Origin: Caedibacter taeniospiralis
Lineage (GTDB): Bacteria > Pseudomonadota > Gammaproteobacteria > Francisellales > Francisellaceae
Length of the DNA: 32,000 nucleotides
Direction of reading: 5' to 3'
NCBI RefSeq assembly: GCF_002803295.2
Contig: NZ_PGGB02000005.1
Span: 59-32,058, forward strand
Positions 1 through 8,786 of the stretch are shown here, piece by piece; within the stretch, counting starts at the first letter, position 1; each line of letters opens with the position of its first letter. Made by a program: the position numbers and the translations under genes. The notes under the pieces were generated by a model. It was given only the letters and a program-made list of their open reading frames with translations, was not told the DNA's origin and did not search any database.

Positions 1-15
1 AAATTTTTAGTCGTT

Positions 16-348
16 TTGTCATCGGTGTTATTATTAACGGGCAGCGCCTTTGCCGAGGGAGTCGCAGGTGGTTCTGCCATGAGCTCGATTTTGATGCTCG
101 TCGCATTTTTTGCGATTTTTTACTTCCTGTTGATTCGTCCACAAATGAAACGCAATAAAGAACAACGCAAGATGATTTCTGAGCTTGGCAAAGGGGATGA
201 AGTAATGACCAATGGCGGAATTATCGGTAAAATCGTTAAAGTCGGTGAAAACTATACTGAACTGGAAATTGCCGAGAATGTGGTAATCAAAGTCCAAAAA
301 AGTGCAGTTTCTGGCGTTTTGCCAAAAGGTGCTGTCAAAACCAATTAA
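16..348 (+). CDS. yajC: preprotein translocase subunit YajC
   Basis: The 110-aa ORF aligns along its whole length with E. coli YajC: ...FYFLLIRPQMKRNKEQRKMISELGKGDEVMTNGGIIGKIVKV... versus FYFMILRPQQKRTKEHKKL..KGDEVLTNGG. It is followed by secD-secF as in the canonical operon. The first start-like codon is TTG at 16, but the frame is open to base 1, so the true start may lie off-window. Confidence 0.9.
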   Translation: MSSVLLLTGSAFAEGVAGGSAMSSILMLVAFFAIFYFLLIRPQMKRNKEQRKMISELGKGDEVMTNGGIIGKIVKVGENYTELEIAENVVIKVQKSAVSGVLPKGAVKTN

Positions 349-393
349 TGTCGGTTAGATTTTTAGGCGGTGACTATATTTACGCCCATTGCT

Positions 394-455
394 CAGTGTG
401 AGTGTGACACTGATCACTCACACTGACACGCTTGTGCGGATTATTTGCACAAGCC
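394..455 (+). repeat. copy 1 of a 62-nt two-hairpin intergenic repeat (copy 2 at 4759..4820)
   Basis: By hand alignment it matches 4759..4820 at 51/62 positions in the same orientation. Hairpin 1 is AGTGTGA (401-407) paired with TCACACT (418-424), extendable to 11 bp (394-404/415-425). Hairpin 2 is GCTTGTGC (430-437) paired with GCACAAGC (447-454). Confidence 0.75.
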
Positions 456-462
456 GATTTTT
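430..462 (+). terminator. possible intrinsic terminator/attenuator in the yajC-secD spacer (second hairpin of the repeat)
   Basis: It has an 8-bp GC-containing stem (GCTTGTGC/GCACAAGC) and a 9-nt loop, followed by CGATTTTTA with a T5 run at 458-462. The call is weak because yajC-secDF is usually co-transcribed. Confidence 0.3.
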
Positions 463-493
463 ATACAGTCAAATAAACTAAGGTATCAGGATT

Positions 494-2440
494 ATGCTTC
501 ATCTGAGACAAAAAGCTGCGGTTAACAAGTATCCTTTATGGAAATACATCTTAATTCTGGTGATTGTCATTTTGGCAGTTATCTACGCTTTACCCAATTT
601 ATTTGGTGAAACGCCATCACTACAAATATCGCCCAAAGATGGTACGGTAAATGCTGAGTTTGTCACCCAAATAAAAGACACATTAGATCAACAAAAAATT
701 CCCTATAAGTCTCTAAAACAAGATTCAAGTACGGTAGTGCAAGTCAGATTTGCGGATGCTGAAGATCAGATTGCAGCACGCACAGTGCTACAAAAAAGCA
801 TGGGAAGTGACTATATCATTGCACTTAATATGGCGGCAAATACGCCAAACTGGCTATTGGCATTGGGAGCAACCCCCATGAACTTGGGGCTTGATCTGCG
901 TGGCGGGATGTATTTAGTGCTGGAAGCGGATACACAGTCAGCGATTAATGCCCGTTTAGATAGCACTTTGGATAGCGTAGTACAAGGGCTGAAAAAAGTA
1001 GCAGTGACTCCTGAGTCACAATTGAAAGCCTCGCAAAAAACGGAAATAAGCAAAGCACTGCCTGTACCTGTGACCTATAGCAGTATTGGCTACGTGGCGC
1101 TTAGCTTTGCAAGCACAGCAGATTTGGATAAAGCACTTGATTATTTAAAAACGGATTATACCAAGACGCAGAATAATCAGCTGGTTTATAGTGCACTCAA
1201 AGATAAAGCCTTACTCATTGCCTTTAACAGCCAGTTGTTAGCGCAGATTAAGCAAGAGGCGATATCTCAAGTGGTAACAGTAATGCGTAATCGCATCAAT
1301 GCCTTGGGTGTGGCGGAGGCTTCGGTTGCAGCCTCTGGTGACTCACGGGTGATTATTGAACTTCCAGGACTCCAGGACGCCGCACGAGCGAAGCAGATTT
1401 TAGGTGGGACATCGACAGCAAGTTTTTATATTGTCTCCCCTGTAGTTGATCGCTTAAAAGTCGAAGAGCAAGGCATTAAGGTTTATCCATTAAGCTCAAA
1501 TGGCAAAACTTTTTATTACCAGCTTGATGGCAACTCGGTGGTCAGTGGTAGTGCGATTGTGAATGCCTCCCCTGGGGTTGATCATCAGTCTGGTCAGCCA
1601 ATTGTTGCGGTTCAATTAAGCTCTGATGCTGCAGGTAATTTCAGAGAGGTAACCAGTAAGCATGTTGGTGATTTAATGGGGGTCATGCTGGTTAATACAA
1701 CCTACCAGAAAGAGCTTGTTGATGGTAAAGAGGTAAGTCGTATTGATAAGACTGAAAAACTCGTTAATGCCGCAACGATTCAAACGACCTTGGGTGCCAA
1801 TTTTCAAATCACGGGACTTGATCAGCGTGAAGCCAATAACCTGGCGTTGATGATTCGCTCAGGCGCCTTGCAGGTGCCAGTGCACATTGCCCAAGAACAG
1901 CAAATTGGTCCTACCCTTGGCAAGCAAAATATTGACCAGGGAATGCTTTCGATCGTAGTGGCACTCGTGCTGATTGTAATCTTTATGACGATTTACTACT
2001 GCCTGTTTGGGATGATTGCCAATATTGCCCTGGTGCTGAATATCGTTTTAACCATTGCAATTCTATCTATTATTCCTGGAGCCACCTTAACTTTACCAGG
2101 CATTGCGGCCCTGGTGCTTCATCTTGGAATGTCGATTGATGGTAATGTGTTAGTGTTTGAACGTATTCGCGAGGAGCTTAGAAATGGCGTTCCTGTACAA
2201 AGTGCAATCTCAGCGGGCTATGATCGCGCTTTTGCCACCATTGTTGACTCAAATGTGACGACTTTGATTGTTGCCGTGATCTTATTTGCTGTGGGAACTG
2301 GAACAGTAAAAGGGTTTGCCGTGGTATTGATCATTGGCATTTTAACCTCAATGTTTACCGCAGTAACCGTTTCAAGAGGCATGACCAACTTAATTTATGG
2401 GTCACGTCGCAACCTGAAAAAATTATCGATTGGCTTATAG
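494..2440 (+). CDS. secD: protein translocase subunit SecD
   Basis: This 648-aa ORF has the N-terminus [36 protein letters not shown], matching E. coli SecD [36 protein letters not shown]. It has a large periplasmic domain and a C-terminal 6-TM block. It lies between yajC and secF. Confidence 0.95.
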   Translation: [648 protein letters not shown]

Positions 2441-2450
2441 GAGTCTTGGC

Positions 2451-3404
2451 ATGGAGTTTTTTAAACGTAAAACCAATATCGACTTTATGGGCATTCGCAA
2501 ATGGACGGCAGTGGTGTCTGTTGTGCTCATTGGGTTATCCTTTATTTTTCTTTTTGCCCGTGGACTCAATATGGGACTTGATTTCACTGGGGGTTATCAG
2601 ATTCAGGTGAATTATCAGTCCACCCCATCCACGCAGGAAGTTGCTAAAACGCTCGAAAAAATGGGTTTCTCAGCCGTTGAAGTGACTACCTTTGGCTCAA
2701 GTGACAGTTTAATGATCAAACTATCTGCGCCTAAGGGTGAGAATGAGCAAAGCACGATTAATCAGGATGGGCAATCCACTCAACAACTTCTGCAGCAGCA
2801 AGTGGAAGCGGCTCTTGGGCAACAGGCGCATGTAACCAGTCTAAACTATATTGGACCTCAGGTAGGCAAAGAATTAGCAACCAATGGATTGTTAGCCTTG
2901 ATTGTTGCCATGATTTGCATTATTGGTTACATTGCCTTTCGTTTTGAGATGAAATTTGCCATTAGTGCAGGCATTGCCCTGTTACATGATCCCATTCTTA
3001 TCTTAGGTGTTTTTTCTGCTTTTCAGCTGGAGTTTAGTCAAGTAACACTGGCGGCACTGCTTGCGGTCATTGGCTTCTCCCTCAATGACACCGTGGTTAT
3101 CTATGATCGCGTACGTGAAAATTTCCGTAAGATGCGTAAAGCCAGTGTGATTGAGGTGATGAATCGCTCTATCAATGACACCCTCTCAAGAACCATTATT
3201 ACCTCAGGCTTAACCTTATTGGTGGTTGTTGTACTTTATTTCTTCGGCGGTCCTTCATTACATGAGTTTTCATTAGCGCTTATCCTAGGTGTGATTGTTG
3301 GCACCTATTCTTCCATCTATGTTGCAGGGGTTTTAGCGGTGTTGTTTGGTTTGAAACGTGAATCCCTTCTTCCGCCACAGAAGTTAGAGGATGATAGACC
3401 TTAG
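2451..3404 (+). CDS. secF: protein translocase subunit SecF
   Basis: It carries the LNMGLDFTGG motif and the SecF TM core, directly after secD. I prefer ATG 2451 (MEFFKRK...), which is preceded by AGGAG at 2439-2443, over the ORF-track TTG at 2430, which overlaps the secD stop. Confidence 0.95.
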   Translation: MEFFKRKTNIDFMGIRKWTAVVSVVLIGLSFIFLFARGLNMGLDFTGGYQIQVNYQSTPSTQEVAKTLEKMGFSAVEVTTFGSSDSLMIKLSAPKGENEQSTINQDGQSTQQLLQQQVEAALGQQAHVTSLNYIGPQVGKELATNGLLALIVAMICIIGYIAFRFEMKFAISAGIALLHDPILILGVFSAFQLEFSQVTLAALLAVIGFSLNDTVVIYDRVRENFRKMRKASVIEVMNRSINDTLSRTIITSGLTLLVVVVLYFFGGPSLHEFSLALILGVIVGTYSSIYVAGVLAVLFGLKRESLLPPQKLEDDRP

Positions 3405-3408
3405 TTTA

Positions 3409-4608
3409 TCAAGGAAGTTTTATCTCATCATTGAGGTTGTTGGTGGGATTAAAATGTATCAGCAAAAGGATGGCTAAACTATAGAATCCCGTAATCATTC
3501 CCCCTAAAAGGATGAGACTAGGATGCATGGTATTTGCAAAAATAAGCGCTAAAGCGACGATAAGATCAATACTAAGCCCGTAGATAGAGGATGCTACAGC
3601 GCTGTAGGGCTTATCAATCAGCAAAAAAGCTATCGTCACTGTATTAACACTAACGAGTGCTGATGAGAAACCAAATAAAATGGCACTAAGGATAACAAAG
3701 TAAAGGGCGGAGGCTTTGGGTATGAAAAACGCGCTAATAAACAAGATTCCGCTAAATGCTGCAACAAAAGAAAAAATCAGCGCACTCTTCTCATAGCTTA
3801 TTAAGCCGTTTAACCAGCGGAGGTTGATAAAGCGTGCAAGTGCGCCAAAGAAAATCAGCAAAAAGGATAACCAGCCATAAACAATGGTATTGTAACCCAG
3901 TGAGTCGATAACGATATAAGGCGTGCAAATATAAAAAACAGACATGCCTGCCCAGGCAACTGAAGTGACATAACAATAGCTTAAAAAACGTGCGTTTGTG
4001 ATGATGTGTAGCATCTTTCGACCACTTGAGGTATGCGTTTTGTTATGGTTGATTTGCGGTTCTTTAAAGTAGTTCAAAACAAGGATCAGTGTCACTAATG
4101 CAACAAGGATAACACCGCTAAAAACCCATTCCCAGCCGCCAAAATAAACGATATACCCGCCGATAAACCCGGCAATAGAGGGTGCTAAATAAAATAATAA
4201 GGCCAAGCTTTGCCAGGTTTTTACATAGGTGTTACCACTGAGTAAATCTTTAGGTAATGCTACAACAACAATGTAAAGACCTGAGGCTCCAACGCCTTGT
4301 AGAATTCGACCGATGTAAAACAGCAGAATATTATGCGAAAAAAGGCAAACAATGCTGCCAGCGATAACCACCAGGCAGTAAAGTATCAGTGTTTTTTTAC
4401 GTCCAAACTTATCGCTGATAATCCCGGCAGGAATGGCAAAAATAGCACCCGCAATAACGAATAAACTCAGTGTTAATTGGCTTTGCCCAACACTGACACC
4501 AAAGTCATTTTGTAGTAATGGCAATGCTGAGATGTACATGTCATAGGCGCAAACATAGACGCCGACTAAAAAAACAGCAAAAAAGTAAACGTAATTTTCG
4601 GGTTTCAT
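3409..4608 (-). CDS. MFS transporter, Bcr/CflA (DHA1)-like
   Basis: This 399-aa ORF is highly hydrophobic, with about 12 predicted TM segments. Its N-terminal pattern DMYISALPLLQNDFGVSVGQSQLTLSLF...ISDKFGRKK resembles E. coli Bcr (DMYLPALPVISAQFGV..STQMTLS...ADSFGRKP). It is convergent with secF, with only a 4-nt gap. Confidence 0.8.
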   Translation of the reverse strand: MKPENYVYFFAVFLVGVYVCAYDMYISALPLLQNDFGVSVGQSQLTLSLFVIAGAIFAIPAGIISDKFGRKKTLILYCLVVIAGSIVCLFSHNILLFYIGRILQGVGASGLYIVVVALPKDLLSGNTYVKTWQSLALLFYLAPSIAGFIGGYIVYFGGWEWVFSGVILVALVTLILVLNYFKEPQINHNKTHTSSGRKMLHIITNARFLSYCYVTSVAWAGMSVFYICTPYIVIDSLGYNTIVYGWLSFLLIFFGALARFINLRWLNGLISYEKSALIFSFVAAFSGILFISAFFIPKASALYFVILSAILFGFSSALVSVNTVTIAFLLIDKPYSAVASSIYGLSIDLIVALALIFANTMHPSLILLGGMITGFYSLAILLLIHFNPTNNLNDEIKLP

Positions 4609-4758
4609 GATGGCACTGATTAGAAATTTTCCCGCAGTATATACTGCCTAAACCGCGTTTTACAGGCTTTATTACTGTGCTATCTGCGATCATTTATGGG
4701 GCAAAATTACCATCTTCTGTTATATGAATAAGCACAAGGATTGATAAGTGTGAGTTGT

Positions 4759-4820
4759 CAGTGAGGGTGTGACTCTGATCACTCACACCGACACGCTTGG
4801 GTAAATTATTTTCCCAAGCC
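4759..4820 (+). repeat. copy 2 of the 62-nt two-hairpin intergenic repeat
   Basis: It matches 394..455 at 51/62 positions. Hairpin 1 is GGTGTGA (4766-4772) paired with TCACACC (4783-4789). Hairpin 2 is GCTTGGG (4795-4801) paired with CCCAAGC (4813-4819). Both stems differ from copy 1 by paired (compensatory) substitutions. Confidence 0.75.
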
Positions 4821-4867
4821 TAAACGCATAATGTTTAAGCTTGCACACGATATGCTGGAGAATCCTG

Positions 4868-4896
4868 TTTCTGTGCGGTGGCGACTATGCTATAAT
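4868..4896 (+). promoter_or_regulatory. candidate sigma70 promoter for gyrA with an extended -10
   Basis: TGcTATAAT lies at 4888-4896, giving a perfect -10 with a TGn extension. The -35 (TTTCTG, 4868-4873) is weak and sits at 17-nt spacing. The element is about 40 nt upstream of the gyrA ATG. This is a motif match only. Confidence 0.35.
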
Positions 4897-4936
4897 CCGC
4901 GCTAGTTTTTGGAATATTTGAAGCGTTTATATCTCT

Positions 4937-7582
4937 ATGACAACACAATTTGCCAATGAAGTTTTCCCAGTTACTATCGAGCAAGAATTAAAACAATCTT
5001 ATTTAGATTATGCCATGAGTGTCATCGTTGGGCGTGCGTTACCTGATGTACGTGATGGTTTGAAGCCCGTGCACAGGCGCGTACTCTTTGCCATGAAAGA
5101 GCTGGGGAATGACTTTAATAAGCCCTATAAAAAATCCGCACGCGTTGTGGGGGACGTAATTGGTAAATACCATCCTCATGGGGACACGGCAGTATATGAT
5201 ACGATCGTGCGCATGGCGCAGCCGTTTTCACTGCGCTACATGCTTGTGGATGGGCAGGGTAACTTTGGTTCGGTTGATGGTGATTCACCTGCGGCGATGC
5301 GTTATACCGAAGTGCGGATGTCTAAAATTGCCCATTCACTCCTGATTGATATTGATAAGGAAACCGTTAATTTCTCACCAAACTATGATGAGACCGAAAT
5401 GATTCCTGATGTGTTGCCAACACGTATTCCAAATTTGCTCGTTAATGGTTCTTCAGGGATCGCGGTAGGTATGGCAACCAACATTCCACCACACAACTTA
5501 AATGAAGTCATTGACGGGGTTATTGCATTAATTGAAAACCCTGATCTGACCATTGAAGAGTTAATGGCATACATTCCAGGACCTGATTTTCCAACGGCAG
5601 CTTACATCAATGGTCGCTCTGGTATTGTGGATGCTTACAAGACAGGGCGGGGTCGTGTGATCATGCGCGCCAAAGCTTCCATCGAAACCGATAAAAAAAC
5701 GGATCGTGAACAGATTATCGTGAGCGAGCTGCCGTATCAGGTCAATAAGGCGCGCCTTATTGAGAAAATTGCTGAGCTGGTCAAAGATAAGAAAATCGAG
5801 GGTATTTCTGAACTGCGCGACGAGTCGGACAAAGATGGGATGCGTATCGCAATCGATGTCAAACGTGGTGAAGTTGCAGAGGTTTTACTGAATAATCTTT
5901 ATTCGCAGACACAGATGCAATTAAGCTTTGGCGTTAATATGGTAGCACTCGTGGACAATCAGCCGAAGCTTTTAAATCTTAAAGAAGTAATTGAAGCATT
6001 TATTCGTCATCGCAAAGAAGTGGTAACGAGGCGCACGATTTTTGAATTAAGAAAAGCCCGCGAGCGTGCGCATATTTTAGAAGGTCTGGCGATCGCCTTG
6101 TCGAATATCGATGAAATGATTGCGTTGATTAAAGCTTCAAAAACTCCCGCCGAAGCGAAAGAAGCACTCTTGGCACGGTCATGGTCAGGTGATCTGGTTG
6201 GTCAAATGTTACAAGGCGTGGATCAGGATTTATATCGAGTTGATGGACTAGCTTCACATTATGGGCTTCGTAATGGTGACTATTTCTTATCTCACGTTCA
6301 AGTGGATGCCATCTTGGAGTTGCGGTTACATCGCCTGACCGGTTTAGAGCAGGATAAAATTTTAGATGAGTTTAAAGCACTTTTACTGCGCATTGAAGAG
6401 CTCATCGCGATTTTAAAAGATGTTAAGCGTCTACTTGAAGTGATATGCGAGGAGCTACAAGAAGTCAAAGAGCAATTTGGCGATGCGCGTCGCTCCGAGA
6501 TTATTGCATCACAACTGGACTTAGGCTATGAGGATTTGATTACCGAGGAGTCCATGGTGGTGACACTTTCGTATGATGGTTATGTCAAGGCACAACCCTT
6601 AAAAGACTATAATGCGCAAAAGCGTGGAGGGCGAGGGAAATCATCAACGCAAATGAAGGAAGAAGATTTTGTTTATAAACTGCAAATTGCCTCGACACAC
6701 GACATGATGCTGTGCTTTTCAAGCTTAGGTAAAATTTATTGGAGCAAAGTCTATGAATTTCCGCAAGCAGGCAGAGCTGCCAAAGGCAGACCAATCAACA
6801 ATGTTTTCCCTCTGGAACAAGGGGAAAGAATTACTGCCATGCTTGCAGTAGCCGAATTTAGTGAAGGTTCAAATATCTTCATGGCAACCAAGCAGGCAAC
6901 GGTGAAGCGAATCGAATTATCCGCATTTTCGCGACCGCGTAAGGGCGGAATTTATGCCTTGACACTGGATGAAGGCGATGAGCTGTTACATGTGCATTTA
7001 ACGCGTGGTCAGCAAGAAATTATGATGTTCTCAAATGCGGGCAAAGCCATTCGTTTTAATGAGGATGAGGTTCGTACCGTAGGACGTACCGCGCGGGGTG
7101 TCCGAGGCATGCGCATTCAAGAGGATCAAAGCATCGTTGGCGTAATCGTCACCGATCCTGATCAGGGGGTTGTGCTTACAGCCACTGAGAATGGCTATGG
7201 TAAGCGTACCGCCGTGGCTGAGTATCGCAAAACAGCGCGCGGTTCACAGGGGGTTATCTCAATCTCAACTTCAGATCGCAATGGTCAAGTAGTTGCAGCT
7301 GGATTAGTTGAAGAAACAGACAATATTATGCTGATGACCGATCAAGGTGTTTTGATTAGAACCAGAGTAAGTGAAGTGCGTGAAACAGGTCGCTCGGCCC
7401 AAGGGGTTAAATTGATTAACCTTAAATCTAATGAAAAACTTGTTTCGGTGCAAGTGGTTGCTGAAGCTGAAATTGATGATGGTCTGGATGAGGAAACGCC
7501 TTTAGAGCATGCCATTGAATCAAGTGCCACTGATGATGTGGAGCCAGAGCAAAACATTGACGATGAGAACGACTTGGAGTAA
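4937..7582 (+). CDS. gyrA: DNA gyrase subunit A
   Basis: This 881-aa ORF is near-identical to E. coli GyrA through the N-terminal domain ([34 protein letters not shown], including the active-site region). It has C-terminal beta-pinwheel repeats and an acidic tail. Confidence 0.98.
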   Translation: MTTQFANEVFPVTIEQELKQSYLDYAMSVIVGRALPDVRDGLKPVHRRVLFAMKELGNDFNKPYKKSARVVGDVIGKYHPHGDTAVYDTIVRMAQPFSLRYMLVDGQGNFGSVDGDSPAAMRYTEVRMSKIAHSLLIDIDKETVNFSPNYDETEMIPDVLPTRIPNLLVNGSSGIAVGMATNIPPHNLNEVIDGVIALIENPDLTIEELMAYIPGPDFPTAAYINGRSGIVDAYKTGRGRVIMRAKASIETDKKTDREQIIVSELPYQVNKARLIEKIAELVKDKKIEGISELRDESDKDGMRIAIDVKRGEVAEVLLNNLYSQTQMQLSFGVNMVALVDNQPKLLNLKEVIEAFIRHRKEVVTRRTIFELRKARERAHILEGLAIALSNIDEMIALIKASKTPAEAKEALLARSWSGDLVGQMLQGVDQDLYRVDGLASHYGLRNGDYFLSHVQVDAILELRLHRLTGLEQDKILDEFKALLLRIEELIAILKDVKRLLEVICEELQEVKEQFGDARRSEIIASQLDLGYEDLITEESMVVTLSYDGYVKAQPLKDYNAQKRGGRGKSSTQMKEEDFVYKLQIASTHDMMLCFSSLGKIYWSKVYEFPQAGRAAKGRPINNVFPLEQGERITAMLAVAEFSEGSNIFMATKQATVKRIELSAFSRPRKGGIYALTLDEGDELLHVHLTRGQQEIMMFSNAGKAIRFNEDEVRTVGRTARGVRGMRIQEDQSIVGVIVTDPDQGVVLTATENGYGKRTAVAEYRKTARGSQGVISISTSDRNGQVVAAGLVEETDNIMLMTDQGVLIRTRVSEVRETGRSAQGVKLINLKSNEKLVSVQVVAEAEIDDGLDEETPLEHAIESSATDDVEPEQNIDDENDLE

Positions 7583-8764
7583 TTGGTGAAAGTCATCACA
7601 ATCCTGGGAGCTACGGGTTCAGTCGGGGTAAACACCCTGGAGATTATTCGTGATAATCCCAATGATTTTGAAGTTTATGCACTGACGGCGCGTTGCAATA
7701 TAGAACTTTTGTACCAGCAGTGTTTGCAGTTTAAACCAAACTACGCTGTGGTTGTCAGTGAGGACTTAGCCAGTAAATTAGCTAATGATTTAGCAGAAGT
7801 AAATAGTCAAACCATGGTACTGTACGGTGAATCCGCACTGATTGAGGTTGCATCCGCCAAAGCAGTTGATATGGTCATGGCAGCGATTGTTGGTATTGCG
7901 GGTTTAAAATCAACCTATGCGGCTATTGAAAAAGGTAAAACTATTTTGCTGGCAAATAAAGAGACCTTGGTCAGCGCAGGAGAGATTTTCATTCATGCCG
8001 CTAAAAAATCAGGAGCAGTCATTTTACCTGTGGATAGTGAGCACAATGCCATTTTTCAATGTTTGCCAGAGTATGCTAAAGCGTACGATGAACAAACCAT
8101 TGCTAAAATTATTCTGACTGCCTCAGGAGGTCCTTTTCTCGATAAGCCCTTAAATGAATTAAAAAACATTACACCAGATGAGGCGTGTGCGCATCCAAAT
8201 TGGCGGATGGGGCGAAAAATTTCGGTTGATTCCTCAACGATGATGAATAAGGCATTAGAAGTCATCGAAGCTTATTGGCTGTTTGGGGTGCCCGTTGAGC
8301 GTATTGAAGTGTTGATACATCCGCAGAGTATTGTGCATTCAATGGTTGAATATCATGATGGCAGTTTTATCGCGCAGCTTGGATCTCCCGATATGAAAAC
8401 GCCGATTGGCTATGCAATGTATTATCCGAAGCGGCATAAAGTTAATGTGCCAAAATTGGATTTTACAGCAAAGCCATTAAGCTTTAGCACGCTAGACCTT
8501 GAACGCTTTGCAGTGATTTCATTGGTGTACCAAATTTTGAAAGAAAAAAATTATGCCGCAGCAATTGTACTAAATGCAGCCAATGAAGTGTTGGTTGAGG
8601 CTTTTTTGGCGGAAAAAATACAATATCTGCAGATAATCAAGTATATTGAGCAGGCTCTGAAAGCGCTTCAATTCGATAAGGCACGAACCATAGATGAGGT
8701 CATAGCCATCGATGCAAAGACACGAAAATATGTCGTAGACTTGATTGGTACGATATGTAAATAA
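7583..8764 (+). CDS. dxr: 1-deoxy-D-xylulose 5-phosphate reductoisomerase
   Basis: It has the ITILGATGSVG NADPH-binding N-terminus and the LANKE, DSEH and NKGLE-type (MMNKALEVIEA) Dxr motifs. The ORF is 393 aa. The start is TTG 7583 or GTG 7586, immediately after the gyrA TAA. GGAG at 7576-7579 could serve as the SD. Confidence 0.95.
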   Translation: MVKVITILGATGSVGVNTLEIIRDNPNDFEVYALTARCNIELLYQQCLQFKPNYAVVVSEDLASKLANDLAEVNSQTMVLYGESALIEVASAKAVDMVMAAIVGIAGLKSTYAAIEKGKTILLANKETLVSAGEIFIHAAKKSGAVILPVDSEHNAIFQCLPEYAKAYDEQTIAKIILTASGGPFLDKPLNELKNITPDEACAHPNWRMGRKISVDSSTMMNKALEVIEAYWLFGVPVERIEVLIHPQSIVHSMVEYHDGSFIAQLGSPDMKTPIGYAMYYPKRHKVNVPKLDFTAKPLSFSTLDLERFAVISLVYQILKEKNYAAAIVLNAANEVLVEAFLAEKIQYLQIIKYIEQALKALQFDKARTIDEVIAIDAKTRKYVVDLIGTICK

Positions 8765-8786
8765 CTGGAGTTACTTATTTTTGCTT

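Noticed and set aside
2430-2450. Upstream alternative starts proposed by the ORF track: secF TTG 2430, epmA TTG 13553 and the yhcG-like ATG 16836.
   Set aside because: Downstream ATGs fit the homologues' N-termini better. For secF and the yhcG-like gene the downstream ATG also follows an SD-like sequence. The extra residues (for example MFRFRYTKYRTFLIV for EpmA) have no counterpart in homologues. The gene calls are unchanged and only the start is adjusted.
4634-4647. The perfect palindrome GCAGTATATACTGC, 26 nt upstream of the MFS transporter start, considered as a possible LexA/SOS box.
   Set aside because: The gammaproteobacterial SOS box is CTGT-N8-ACAG (CTG-N10-CAG). This palindrome is CAGT-N4-ACTG, with the half-sites in the opposite arrangement and the wrong spacing. 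It is better treated as part of the repeat family or as an unknown operator.
5186-5188. The GyrA QRDR residue equivalent to E. coli Ser83 is Thr (ACG; [10 protein letters not shown]).
   Set aside because: Thr at this position is the wild-type state in many gammaproteobacteria such as Pseudomonas and Legionella. The Asp87-equivalent is intact. This is not a fluoroquinolone-resistance substitution.
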